Shown here piece after piece: positions 26,564 through 38,024 of a stretch of 64,000 nucleotides of DNA. This stretch comes from the human T2T-CHM13v2.0 reference genome, Homo sapiens. Each line of letters starts with the position of its first letter. The first letter of the stretch is position 1. Location of the stretch: NCBI RefSeq assembly GCF_009914755.1, contig NC_060935.1; one strand, 5' to 3'. The notes under the pieces were generated by a model, which saw only the letters and a list, made by a program, of their open reading frames with translations, had not been told where the DNA came from and did not search any database. The position numbers and the translations under genes are program-made.

Positions 26564-27149
26564 ATGTGTCTATGATTATTTTGTGGGACTGTCAACCCTT
26601 GCTTTATGACACCATCACAACTCTCAAGATGTCTGGCAGAAGCTGGTGACTGCATATTGTAGAGGGTTTGACAAATGTAATCCAATGTATACACTTCACC
26701 TGCTCACTCTCCTTTTGTGCCTTCATCTATAGGTTTCACTCTCTGTGACCTCCATTGCTGCTGACCCTGAATTGGGTGATAGCTTCCTCCAGCAGCTGCT
26801 GATTTTTCACTTTGCTCTGTATATGATTCTGACCAGACTAGTTTTGATCCTGTTCTCTGACTTGTTCATCAGCAAGGCCATCTAAACACCTGCAAATCAG
26901 GTCTCTAGGCAAAGATTCCTCAACCTTTTTCTACCTTTGCCTCATGCAGAACTGCAGTTCGGTTGATTGTTGAGACTACAGCTTTGATCTATGTGTGCAG
27001 CAGTAGGCAAGTCCCTTACAGGGGAGAGGGCCGTGACCATGTTTTAGACTGTAGTGAACACCAGGCTGACCATTCCAATTTTATAGCCTGAGGAAAAAAA
27101 GGCAAAGGAGGCCCTGAGGAAAGGTCTTAATAAAGCCAAGTTGTTCTAA
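26564..27149 (+). pseudogene. Highly decayed OR pseudogene (3' half), OR9Q-like; possibly the locus catalogued as OR5BL1P
   Basis: Nucleotide similarity to OR9Q1 in this window: tatgat...tgtcaacccttgctttatgacaccatc (MAYD...CQPLLYxTI), ctctgtgacctcc (FCDL), and tatagcctgagg...aaggaggccctgaggaaaggtcttaataaagccaagttgttctaa (YSLR...KEALRK..LNKAKLF*). Many indels and stops. Confidence 0.85.
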
Positions 27150-27944
27150 TTACCTTCATAGCTCTGCAAAACATTCAACAACCTCCTCTGTTGTACTAAC
27201 CATCTGGGCTCTCATTATCATTTGCAGGTGTTCATGCAAACTAGGCATGGAACCAGGCCCCCAGAGGTAGAGAATTTTCCAGCCAGAAGTTTTCCATAAA
27301 GTCCAGCTCTAGGGGAAGCAATGTAAGACAGAGGCTGAATATCAACAAAGAATTTCCATATTTTAATGGGGGAAAATATTGATAAATACTTGAAATTCCC
27401 TTATGTAATGACAGCGACAGGGAAGGCTAACATCCTTAGAACATTAACATTGAGCAAAATGGGATGAAAAGCTAATGAGGAGACAATTGCATAACAGATT
27501 TATGAGTACTGCCATCCAGACAAAGAATGCTTTGTTGTCTCTGAGGATATTTCCTGTATTTCCTTATATGATTAAAAATGTTATATTTTGTTTGAATGAT
27601 TTGTAATTTTGTCCTTGAGTGAGAAATTATATGTGAAATGCATGGCATATTCCCTGGCACTCAGTGGGCACAGGGATGTTGGTTATTCCTGTGGTCATCA
27701 CAATTATTATTAGTGTGTTCTATATTCATTAAAATCTAGACAGAAAGTTTTATAGCAATCTTAAAGTAACGGTTGTTATAAACTCTACGATGTCATTGAA
27801 TGTGTGTAGATTCAGACCAGGAAGCAGAAGAATGATTAAATTTGGGAACTGTATGGGAAACACCATCCTGATTACTAACTATCAGGGTACATTAGTGAAG
27901 AGTGTTTTTATTTCCTCCCTTTATTTACTATTCTCCATGCCTTT

Positions 27945-28090
27945 TTGAGGTTGGTATTATTATTGCCAATTTGTAGATGAGGAAGTCAAAATACCAAGAG
28001 ATTTTACATATTTCCCAAGATCCCTGGCTCCAGAAAGTGATGGAGCCAGGACTCAAACGCAGGCAATCTGACCCAGAACTCATACTTGTA
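27945..28090 (-). mobile_element. MIR
   Basis: ccaatttgtagatgaggaagtc...ggagccaggactcaaacgcaggcaatctgac. Confidence 0.7.
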
Positions 28091-28094
28091 AGAT

Positions 28095-28390
28095 TTTTTT
28101 TAAAAAAATGTTGTGGGTACATAGTAGGTGTATATATTTATGGGGTACATGAGATATTTTGATACAGCCATGCAATGCATAATAATCACGTCAGGGTAAA
28201 TGGGGTATCCATCATCTCAGCCATTTATTCTTTGTGTTACAAACAATCAAAGTATACTGTTTTAATTATTTTAAAATGTACAATTAAATTATTAGTGACT
28301 GTAGTCACCCTGTTGTGCTATCACATACTAGGTCTATTCATTCTATTATTTTGTACCCATTAACTATCCCTACTTTCCCCATATGCCCCA
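28095..28390 (-). mobile_element. L1MA 3' end fragment
   Basis: gtatatatttatggggtacatgagatattttgatac...gactgtagtcaccctgttgtgcta. Confidence 0.8.
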
Positions 28391-28550
28391 ATACTTTTAT
28401 CCAAAAATTATAATGATTTCTGTCTAGTAAACTATAAGTGGTAAAAAAAATTACTGGTTGGAAGGGACAAATAAAAAAATAAAAGCTGTTTACATTTAGG
28501 ATTAAAGTACTCTTGGGTATGAAAAAATCATAATGGTCATGGTATTTTCT

Positions 28551-29007
28551 TTATTTTATTTTATTTTATTATTATTATACTTTAAGTTCTAGGGTACATG
28601 TGCACTATGTGCAGGTTTGTTACATATGTATACATGTGCCATGTTGGTGTACTGCACCCATTAACTCGTCATTTAGCATTAGATATAGCTCCTAATGCTA
28701 TCCCTCCCCCCTCCCCCCACCCCACAACAGTCCCCAGTGTGTGATGTTCCCCTTCCTGTGTCCATGTGTTCTCGTTGTTCAATTCCCACCTATGAGTGAG
28801 AACATGCAGTGTTTGGTTTTTTGTCCTTGTGATAGTTTGCTGAGAATGATGATTTCCAGTTTCATCCATGTCCCTACAAAGGACATGAACTCATCATTTT
28901 TTATGGCTGCATAGTATTCCATGGTGTATATGTGCCACATTTTCTTAATCCAGTCTATCATTGTTGGACATTTGGGTTGGTTCCAAGTCTTTGCTATTGT
29001 GAATAGT
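28551..29007 (-). mobile_element. 5'-truncated primate L1 (L1PA3/4-like)
   Basis: Near-consensus antisense L1PA 3' UTR; exact 15-bp TSD gtcatggtattttct at 28536-28550 and 29008-29022. Confidence 0.95.
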
Positions 29008-29129
29008 GTCATGGTATTTTCTAAGAGCCACAGGGAACTCTGAGCTGAGAGCTTCTTCCTGGCCCCCTGAACCCCACCCCCTCAGCCAAAGGAGCAGATT
29101 CCTAACAAGTCATATTTTCTATCCCAGGT

Positions 29130-29900
29130 TGGGAGGGCATAGCAACATTTTACCAGGAGGGTTTCAGAATTGCTGTGGACCCACTGTTGCCATGTGCCTG
29201 CCGTTCTTCCTGTTTTCTAGTGGGAGCATTTATTGTGGTTATTCTGCCTGTTCACCAATACATTTTGGGTATTTGTGGGCAGACATATGACTTGTCTTTG
29301 TAGTTCATAATTCTGTAAACCAAGGGAAGCTGCACCTGGACCTGATGGAGATCATAAGATCCTAGACTTTGATCTTGATGTAATTTGTTGAAGTTTACAG
29401 GTCGGGGTTTGGGCAGCTTAGGGTGATGAAGAGTATATTTTGTATGTGATTTGAGAGGGTAGAATAAGAGTATTTATGGACAATAGGAATATTGGATCAT
29501 TGTTCATAAAATAAACTTCACTCCTCTCCAACTGTGAGTAGGATAAACTCCCCTGCTCAGGGATGTTGAGCTTGACTATGTGGCTTGCTTTGTCTTGTGG
29601 GACATGAGTAGACCCGATGCAAGCAAAGACTTAAAATGTGCTTGTGTAATGGGGCTTTGTCTGCTTGTGATTCTGCCATTTTTAGAGGCATATGCCCTGC
29701 ATAGCTTGCTGACCCAAATATGAAGAGAGACACATGAAACAGATTGTGAATCAAGCTGCAGCTTGGTCAAGTTAGCCGAGCCCAAGCCCAGCCTAAATAA
29801 GCTAAATCCTGTCTGGCCACAGACCTATGAGTGTGAGAATAAATGCTCATTGTTGTGTGCTACAACCTGGGGTGCTTATTACAACACAAGAGCTAACTAA
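29130..29900 (+). mobile_element. MLT1 internal fragment plus LTR
   Basis: MaLR-like words (tttcagaattgctgtggacccactgttgccatgtgcc, agacctatgagtgtgagaataaatgctcattgttg...agctaactaa). Confidence 0.6.
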
Positions 29901-30248
29901 GTACCCCATGGTCAAATACTTTTGAGAATTGTTGCATAATATACAGTTCATTTTGGAGATTTATAAAGGATATTATCATACTAAAATCTTCAAAAAATTT
30001 TCTAGTAAAGATAGTTGTTTAACTCCATTTAACCCAGCTTCTCAGACTTCTTTTAGCATTGAATCCTTATCTAGTATGTTAGAAGTTAAAAAAAAATAAA
30101 GTTTACTGCTGTTTGACTTAATTTTTCTCTATTAGAGAAAATTTTTCCCTTTGTTGAGGAAAGTATCTTAAAGGATATCTTCATAATGAAATTTAAGGAC
30201 TTTCAGTGCAAGGTCTAAATTGAAACTCTTTAGAGCTTAAAGATTTAA

Positions 30249-30565
<317 letters not shown>

Positions 30566-31419
30566 TTATTACGCACAACAATATATAAAAATTTTTAGCC
30601 TCTCAGTGGATTGGGTAGGATAGGGATTTGGAAGATTTTGGAACTGGGAAAAGAGAAATACAAACAAAAGATTTTCTCAGTGGAGAAAGCAGTGGAGTCA
30701 GATGGTAGCGGACAGTCTCAAGGTCAGGAGCAATGTCACTCACTGTCCCTGGAGTATCCCTTGGGCTCTCCTGCCCATATATGTGCTGACCCCCTTTCCT
30801 AAAGAGTTTTGCCCATCATTCTCCCACTCTCTCTTCTGTCCGAACTGACAAAGTCCACCTCCTCTGCGAAGCCCTCCCCAGTTTACCCTACCTGTAAGTA
30901 ATCTTGCCCTAGTAACTTACCTGCTTCTTGATTGTTTACTACTATCCCCATAGTAGAGGGAATAGTATTCCCATAATACTACTATTCCCATAGTACTGTA
31001 CCTACTCCTTGCTTAGGAGTTTAGTACTTGTTATCTTATAGAATGGATAAGAATCTCACCTATTAGGCTGCATGTTCCTCATAGGTAGGCATTGTGGTTT
31101 TTTTTTGTTTCATTTCACATCTCTTGCTCTCTTTTAGAACTCTTAGCACAGCGACGAGTCAATGTACCACATGGTTCCATTTTCTCTTGGTTATCATAAT
31201 TGTCAAAGAGGGCAATTATTCTGTTTTTCCTTATCTTCCTTTTTTTTTTTGAATTGAGACATGTCAAAATTCAATGACTCAACAAAATGCCTATGAATTT
31301 GTGGCTAAAACAATACTATTGTGTCAAAGATGTAGAGAGCTGGCAAAAGCTATGCCAATAAGACAAACTTGCCAATTTCTCCTCTGAGCAACATCCCAGG
31401 CTTTTGTTTTCTCCATGTG

Positions 31420-31485
31420 TTCATTTGCATTTAAAGAAAAAAAAAGGGAAAGATTTTAATGAGGCACTTGACTCCCAGAGAGGGC
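31420..31485 (+). promoter_or_regulatory. Candidate OR promoter/enhancer core (homeodomain plus O/E motif)
   Basis: ttttAATGAG (TAATGAG 31457-31463), then TCCCAGAGA (31473-31481) 9 nt later; octamer ATTTGCAT at 31423-31430; apparently non-repetitive DNA 3.4 kb upstream of the OR9Q1 ATG. Confidence 0.4.
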
Positions 31486-32769
31486 AAACAGAAGACATGA
31501 TGTGTCTTGCTGAGGTTTCTGTGTAGGGTACCCAGTTGGCCCTCCTGGGTAATGTGGAGCAAAGTCCTGTGCTTCCAAAGCACTCTTCTTCCAGATATGG
31601 CCACAGTGGTGAAGGTGGCAATGGGCATAACTTCTGACATTGTTCTGATGGAAGAAATTAAAGTTAGATACATCTAACTCCTCAAAGGACCATGCAGAAC
31701 TAGGATTCAGGCCTTTTAAACCCCACTCAGTGGGTGCATGGCAGGGCTTTGAGAACCGTGACTGGGAAGAAAGTCTTTTCTCCTCCTATGTAGGTGCCTA
31801 GTGAGAAACCTACATGTGCAATAATTGCCTTTCCTTAGAGAACACTTTAGCCATTGATTGGAGACCTCAGAGCTTTTGTAGCAATTATTAGTGTCTTCTC
31901 CAAAGAGATTTGTGTTGGAGCTGGGAGCCCACAGGAAGAGGCTGTTCCCCAATCTCTGCTGTCCCTGCCTGGAATTGAACAAAAACCAGTGAAGAGTGCA
32001 ACCTAATCAGATTTTGCAGATCTGGAAACACAAAGAATAAAACGGTGTCTTTGGCGGAAAAGAAGTGGCTAGAAGGATCTTGAGGATGGTAGGGTCCAGG
32101 GACTGACTTTCAGGCAGTGAAGTTATTATTGTCCCCATATTGATGCACACATTGTGTGTGCATGTGTGTGAGGAATGTAGGAGGGAAGAGGACACTGTGG
32201 CTCCAGGAGATTTGCTTAGCATTATAACTGAGCAAGTCTGGGAGGGCAACAAGAACCACCCAGACTTCCTGATGCTCAGCAGAATACTTTTGCCCCTACA
32301 CCCTTAGGATTTCTCCAAGCAGTGGGTGAGAAATGACCTTTTAGACATTAAGGAAAAATAGTGGACAAAGAGAGAAGAGGACCTGCCAGGTAAAGATGTG
32401 GAATTCAGGTGAAGAAACTGACCTGGTTTTCTTGGTTCCTGCTCCATTCAGATCACCAGATCCAATTTCCTTTAATTATCATTTTTTTCCCAATAGGTCA
32501 GTCTGACACAAGCATAGCTGCCAAAGTCTTATGCTTTAAAGGTGATCCAATGTCCTTTCTATCCTGTTGCACTACAACTCTGCCAAAGAACTTACTGTTA
32601 GCTCAAAAGCCTCTATCAGTCTTCAGATATTAATAGACTGCAGAGCTGGTATTTATGTTTGTTTAATTAATGATGGACACCTTCTGAGTAGAGGCTGTTG
32701 GAATAATCAGGTGATGCAGTAAAATCTTGCTATAAACTAAACAGAGATTCTGTGTACAGTTTTGTTTCT

Positions 32770-32935
32770 AATGGCCGTTCCACCACTTCTGAGCTGTGCA
32801 GCCTTGGGAATGATACTTAAGCCCTTTCTTTCTCGGTTTCTTTATCCGTAAAATGAGGATAAGAAAAGTTCCTACCTCATGTAGTGGTTGTGGGGATTAA
32901 ATGAGTTAATATATAAATAATTTAGAATAGTGTTT
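32770..32935 (+). mobile_element. MIR
   Basis: gccttgggaatgatacttaa...tccgtaaaatgaggataag...ggattaaatgagttaat. Confidence 0.75.
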
Positions 32936-33249
32936 ATCTGTTTTCTATTATTAAGGACAATATCAGTTCTTATAAAAGCATTTTTGGTAAATGAAGAGGC
33001 TCTAATGAAGGTAACAGCTTTCTGCTAAGTAAGCACATTGTTAGGTTGAGGAAAAAAGTATAAACCCAAGAATGGCTTATGGGCTTCGTGACTGTTGATC
33101 AATTTTAGTGAGTTCTTAGACTTCGGGCATTTTCTGTTTTTAAACACTTTCACAAAAATAAAAGTAATTCATTGAACATGTGTATAGCACATTTCCCTTT
33201 GCAAGGTGCCTCATATATTATTTGGTAACTTTATTCCATGAGAAAATAT

Positions 33250-34030
33250 TAAACCTTTACCATGTGCTGAGCTCCAGGAGCACGTGCTCTGACCAGGGAA
33301 GGCAGACAGGAGAGAACTTTCCTGTAGAAAGTGCGATCTGGGTTGAGGTTTGAAGGTAGGGTAAGAGTTGGCTAGGACTTGGAGGATGCAAAAGAGGTGT
33401 TCTAGGCAGAAGGGGTTTGTCCTGTTGAAAGTGCAGAGATGTAGGAGAACCTGGGGGAGATTAGAGAAGCTGCCAATAATTCAATACGTCTGGAGAGAAG
33501 CGTGAGAGGGTGAAGTGTGGCTGTGGGTATCAGGATTTAGAAGCAAGAAAGGAACATGAAGAAATAAGCAGAGGAGATCTCACAGAGGCATTTCCAACAT
33601 GTGGAGGAGTCAAAATATTATCCCATCCCAGATTACAGTAATCTATTGCATATTTCAAAATAGAGGCAAATAATTTGCGTATTTCGAACTTTAAAAAGAC
33701 AAATATTTAAGGTGGTGGACATCTAGTTACTCTGATTTGATCTTTACAAATTATATGGATGCGTTAAATTATCACAAGGACTCTCCAAAAATATCCTTTC
33801 CATGATGGGCACCGTGGCATGATTTTTAACAGGGGAATCAGATGTGATCAAATTAATGTCTTAGAATTATCACTCTGACCACAGTGAGGAGGAAGAATTT
33901 GGAAGAAGCAAATATATAGACAAGGAGAATAATTAGTTCCACGGATGTTGTTCTAATCCAGGTGACAGTTGGAGAGGATTTGATATCAGGGAGGAGTTGT
34001 GGTCACGGAGAAAAAGGGATAGAGTCCTGA
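33250..34030 (-). mobile_element. L2 fragment with embedded L1MA piece (about 33632-33790)
   Basis: Antisense L2 words flanking an L1 3' end fragment (ctattgcatatttcaaaatag...tctgatttgatctttacaaattat). Confidence 0.55.
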
Positions 34031-34294
34031 CACGGATATTACAATGGTAGGCAAGAGACCATGTGTCAACACTTGGTGGAGCAATAAGGAAGTTTCGGCT
34101 CAGAATGGCTATCTGGCTTGCAGAGCTCACACAGCTACTTAGCAATAGAGGTGCGAGAATGTGCACCCCTGTTCTGAGAATGTTTACCTGTATCTGTTTT
34201 GTCAACATGCTAAGATGACTCTATGCCACAGGACTTCGTTGATGGCAGGAGCTAAGATCAGTCATCTCTGAAGCCCTACATCACACCTGACATA

Positions 34295-34427
34295 TTTTAT
34301 ATGTATATATTATATATATATTTATATATTATATATATTATATATTTATATATTATATATTTATATATAATATATATTTACATATAATATACATAATATA
34401 TATTTTATATATTATAGAGAGAGAGAG

Positions 34428-34458
<31 letters not shown>
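34295..34458. repeat. AT-rich (TA)n-like tract followed by (GA)n/(GAAA)n
   Basis: Seen directly; adjoins the tail end of the neighbouring Alu. Confidence 0.9.
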
Positions 34459-34459
<1 letters not shown>

Positions 34460-34743
34460 AGGCTCTCACTCTGTTGCCCAGGCTGGAGTGCAGTGGTGCC
34501 ATCTCGGCTCACTGCCAAGATGGGAGCTTTGACCTCCCAGGCTCAAATGATTCTTGTGCCTCTCTCCCGAGTAGCTGGGATTACAGGTGCTCACCACCAT
34601 GCATGGCTAATTTTTTTTGCATTTTTAGTAGAGATGGGGTTTCACCATGTTGGCCAGGCTGGTCTCGAACTCCTGGGCTCAAGTGATCCCACTGCCTCGC
34701 TTCCAAAGTGCTGATATTACAGGTGTGAGCCACAGCACCTGGC
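34455..34743 (-). mobile_element. AluJ-type element
   Basis: Antisense Alu with ctcctgggctcaagtgatcc (J-type). Confidence 0.9.
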
Positions 34744-34820
34744 ACACCTGGCATATTTTGTCCACAGTACATTTTCAATAAATGTGAACTACAAATACAG
34801 GTAAATCCTATTTGCACCTT

Positions 34821-34851
34821 CCTAACTTGCTTCCCATTCTACATGTCTCAG
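34821..34851 (+). promoter_or_regulatory. Splice acceptor of the OR9Q1 coding exon
   Basis: Branch-like cctaact at 34821, pyrimidine tract, then tctcAG ending at 34851, leaving 14 nt before the ATG at 34866. Confidence 0.7.
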
Positions 34852-34865
34852 GGACCACTGGTGTC

Positions 34866-35798
34866 ATGGCAGAGATGAACCTCACCTTGGTGACCGAGTT
34901 CCTCCTTATTGCATTCACTGAATATCCTGAATGGGCACTCCCTCTCTTCCTCTTGTTTTTATTTATGTATCTCATCACCGTATTGGGGAACTTAGAGATG
35001 ATTATTCTGATCCTCATGGATCACCAGCTCCACGCTCCAATGTATTTCCTTCTGAGTCACCTCGCTTTCATGGACGTCTGCTACTCATCTATCACTGTCC
35101 CCCAGATGCTGGCAGTGCTGCTGGAGCATGGGGCAGCTTTATCTTACACACGCTGTGCTGCTCAGTTCTTTCTGTTCACCTTCTTTGGTTCCATCGACTG
35201 CTACCTCTTGGCCCTCATGGCCTATGACCGCTACTTGGCTGTGTGCCAGCCCCTGCTTTATGTCACCATCCTGACACAGCAGGCCCGCTTGAGTCTTGTG
35301 GCTGGGGCTTACGTTGCTGGTCTCATCAGTGCCTTGGTGCGGACAGTCTCAGCCTTCACTCTCTCCTTCTGTGGAACCAGTGAGATTGACTTTATTTTCT
35401 GTGACCTCCCTCCTCTGTTAAAGTTGACCTGTGGGGAGAGCTACACTCAAGAAGTGCTGATTATTATGTTTGCCATTTTTGTCATCCCTGCTTCCATGGT
35501 GGTGATCTTGGTGTCCTACCTGTTTATCATCGTGGCCATCATGGGGATCCCTGCTGGAAGCCAGGCCAAGACCTTCTCCACCTGCACCTCCCACCTCACT
35601 GCTGTGTCACTCTTCTTTGGTACCCTCATCTTCATGTACTTGAGAGGTAACTCAGATCAGTCTTCGGAGAAGAATCGGGTAGTGTCTGTGCTTTACACAG
35701 AGGTCATCCCCATGTTGAATCCCCTCATCTACAGCCTGAGGAACAAGGAAGTGAAGGAGGCCCTGAGAAAAATTCTCAATAGAGCCAAGTTGTCCTAA
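34866..35798 (+). CDS. OR9Q1: Olfactory receptor 9Q1 (310 aa)
   Basis: Intact single-exon 7TM ORF MAEMNLTLVTEF... with N-glycosylation site NLT, PMYFLLSHL, MAYDRY, FCDLPP, KTFSTCTSHL, PMLNPLIYSLRNKE. The ORF-track start at 34812 is a non-ATG extension into the intron. Confidence 0.95.
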   Translation: MAEMNLTLVTEFLLIAFTEYPEWALPLFLLFLFMYLITVLGNLEMIILILMDHQLHAPMYFLLSHLAFMDVCYSSITVPQMLAVLLEHGAALSYTRCAAQFFLFTFFGSIDCYLLALMAYDRYLAVCQPLLYVTILTQQARLSLVAGAYVAGLISALVRTVSAFTLSFCGTSEIDFIFCDLPPLLKLTCGESYTQEVLIIMFAIFVIPASMVVILVSYLFIIVAIMGIPAGSQAKTFSTCTSHLTAVSLFFGTLIFMYLRGNSDQSSEKNRVVSVLYTEVIPMLNPLIYSLRNKEVKEALRKILNRAKLS

Positions 35799-38024
35799 CC
35801 ATCTCCAAACTTGGAAAATCCCGAGAACCACCTACTCTGTAGTGTCAGAATTCTGGACGCTCATTATTTATAGCATGCTCAATGTTTAAATGAATATATT
35901 ATGGTACTAGGTATAAAAAAGAACCAGAACTTTTAGCTCCAGGGAGAGGAAGGAAGACAAGGAAAAGTCAACCTGAAAAGAGATTGGAGTGGGAGTTTTG
36001 ATTCCCAGGACAAGTGACAAAAGGATTTGAAATTAAAGCCTGTGCAATCCAAATATGGCACACTTCACCTGTCTGTGATTATAAGAGTAATTTTTTTTGC
36101 AAAATTTTTAATGAAAGATTTTCATCATATAGAAATGTTAAAAATAATATGTAGGAAGTTTCCTATACTCAGTACTGAGATTGTGTAATTGCTAATATTT
36201 GCTGTCTTTACTTGGTTACATAGATGTAATCTATCCGTGAGTTTATTCATCAATCAATTCACTCATCAAACCACCTTTTTTTGATTCATTTCAAGGTGAG
36301 TTCCGGACATCAGCATTAGTACCCTTTACTTCTATGCACTTCAGAATTATATCATCAATTAGGATTCAATATTTAGATTACATTTATTTTTAATGATCAA
36401 ACTATGGTCGTTTGATGATCCAATTAGCAAAGCTGACCCTACTCAAGGTATGCCTTAATATTCTGGTAGTAGTTCTCAAGAAGGCCTCACACAAACTTTT
36501 AACAATGCCTACAATAACATGTCTGTCAATTGCTATCACCTCTGGATATATGCCCTGTTCTTTTTCTTCCTACCTATTACAGTTCTCTCTCGTCATATGG
36601 CATGACTAAAAATCCACTTAGCAAAGTTATACCATTCCCACTGCCCATAATGGCGTCTTCAGTGTCTGTATCATAGACATTGACTCTCTGTGTTCTGAAA
36701 GCTTTTTCCTTCAGGGAGGCAGAACATTGCTGCATTCCACATGGCGATAGGCAGGAGGGTGGTCCTCGCCTATCCTGGGTCCCTGCACTCTGCAGCAGCT
36801 CAGCCTGCATCCAAAGCCTCACAAAATCTGTCTGTTCTTAATCTTTACTTCTCTAATCACAGGGGACTTGTCTCAATCAAACCCAAGGCACTGGAAGAGA
36901 ACAGGCCCCATCTATTAATTTTTTTTCATTTAAACAAATTTTTATACCTGGAACTCAAACTTCTTTTCCTGTCTCCTGGATTACTAAAAAAAAAAAAAAA
37001 AAAAAAAATCCAAAACCAAAACAACAACAACAAAAAATCCAGGGTACCCTGTATGTGATTGATATAAACAATTGTGGAAAGGGAAAGGTGGGGAGAGGGT
37101 GACGGTATCTTACAAACCTAGGATGATTTTAAACTCAGCCAGACAAAAATGCTGTGTGAAACACAGAATTCCAGTTACAAGACTTTAAATGGGAAGAAGA
37201 TATGTGAAAGGTGGGAGACTCAGCATGCAGGTAGCCAAAGGATATTCAATGGAAGGTGGCTTATAGTAAAATAAAACACATCTGAATCTTTAAAGACATT
37301 ATATTTATTCTAGAAGACAGAATATTTTAAAGTACATATTGTAATTTTCACAAGAAATATTTTATCCCTTTAATAGTGTTTTGTCTGGTTGTGAAAACCC
37401 AGGCTTAAAATTTATAGCTTTACTAAGGGGGATGATTAATAAATAGTATATGTGTCAATTGTGTTACAGGTTGTGTAAAAAATGTTAAAGAAATGTTGGA
37501 AAGCTTGAATCAGTGATATGAAATTCCCTCCTGGTTGTGTCTGTGTGAATAAAAGCAGTATACTAAGGAATTATTTGCTGTCTTAGAATCTACCAGAAGT
37601 CAGGAAGTACACGATGAATGGAAAGGGGCTACTAAGAGAATAAGTTGCCAGGTAGAAGAAAAAAAATGAATGCCTCCTTCTGATTAAATTCTAAACAAGT
37701 ATCTGCAGATTTATGTTCAAGAAGGAAGGGCTAAGTGAAAAGGCTGTAGGAACTAGTGGTCATGAAACCCCATGTTGTATACGGAACATCATCTACTTTT
37801 TAGTCTATAAATAGAGCTCAGGAAAAGTTAAAAAATGCTTTCCATTTAGGTATGGAAGATGAGTCGGGGTTCAATTATGACATTTTTAAGAAAAGTTGAC
37901 AATAGGGAAGTTACCTGATTGTAAATAGGTGTGAATATTTCCTTACATTCTGCTATACCTTGTGTTGAACTCATCCAAATAAAAAACCTGTGGTTCTTTT
38001 TGTTCAGTTATTTTAATTCTGGAA

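Noticed and set aside
34812-34865. 18-aa N-terminal extension of OR9Q1 in the ORF track
   Set aside because: Starts at a non-ATG codon and runs through a branch point, pyrimidine tract and acceptor; the OR-typical start is the ATG at 34866.
34931-35227. 98-aa alternative-frame ORFs inside OR9Q1 and OR9Q2 (45975-46271)
   Set aside because: Expected by-product of paralogous OR coding sequence with few off-frame stops; no independent evidence of translation.
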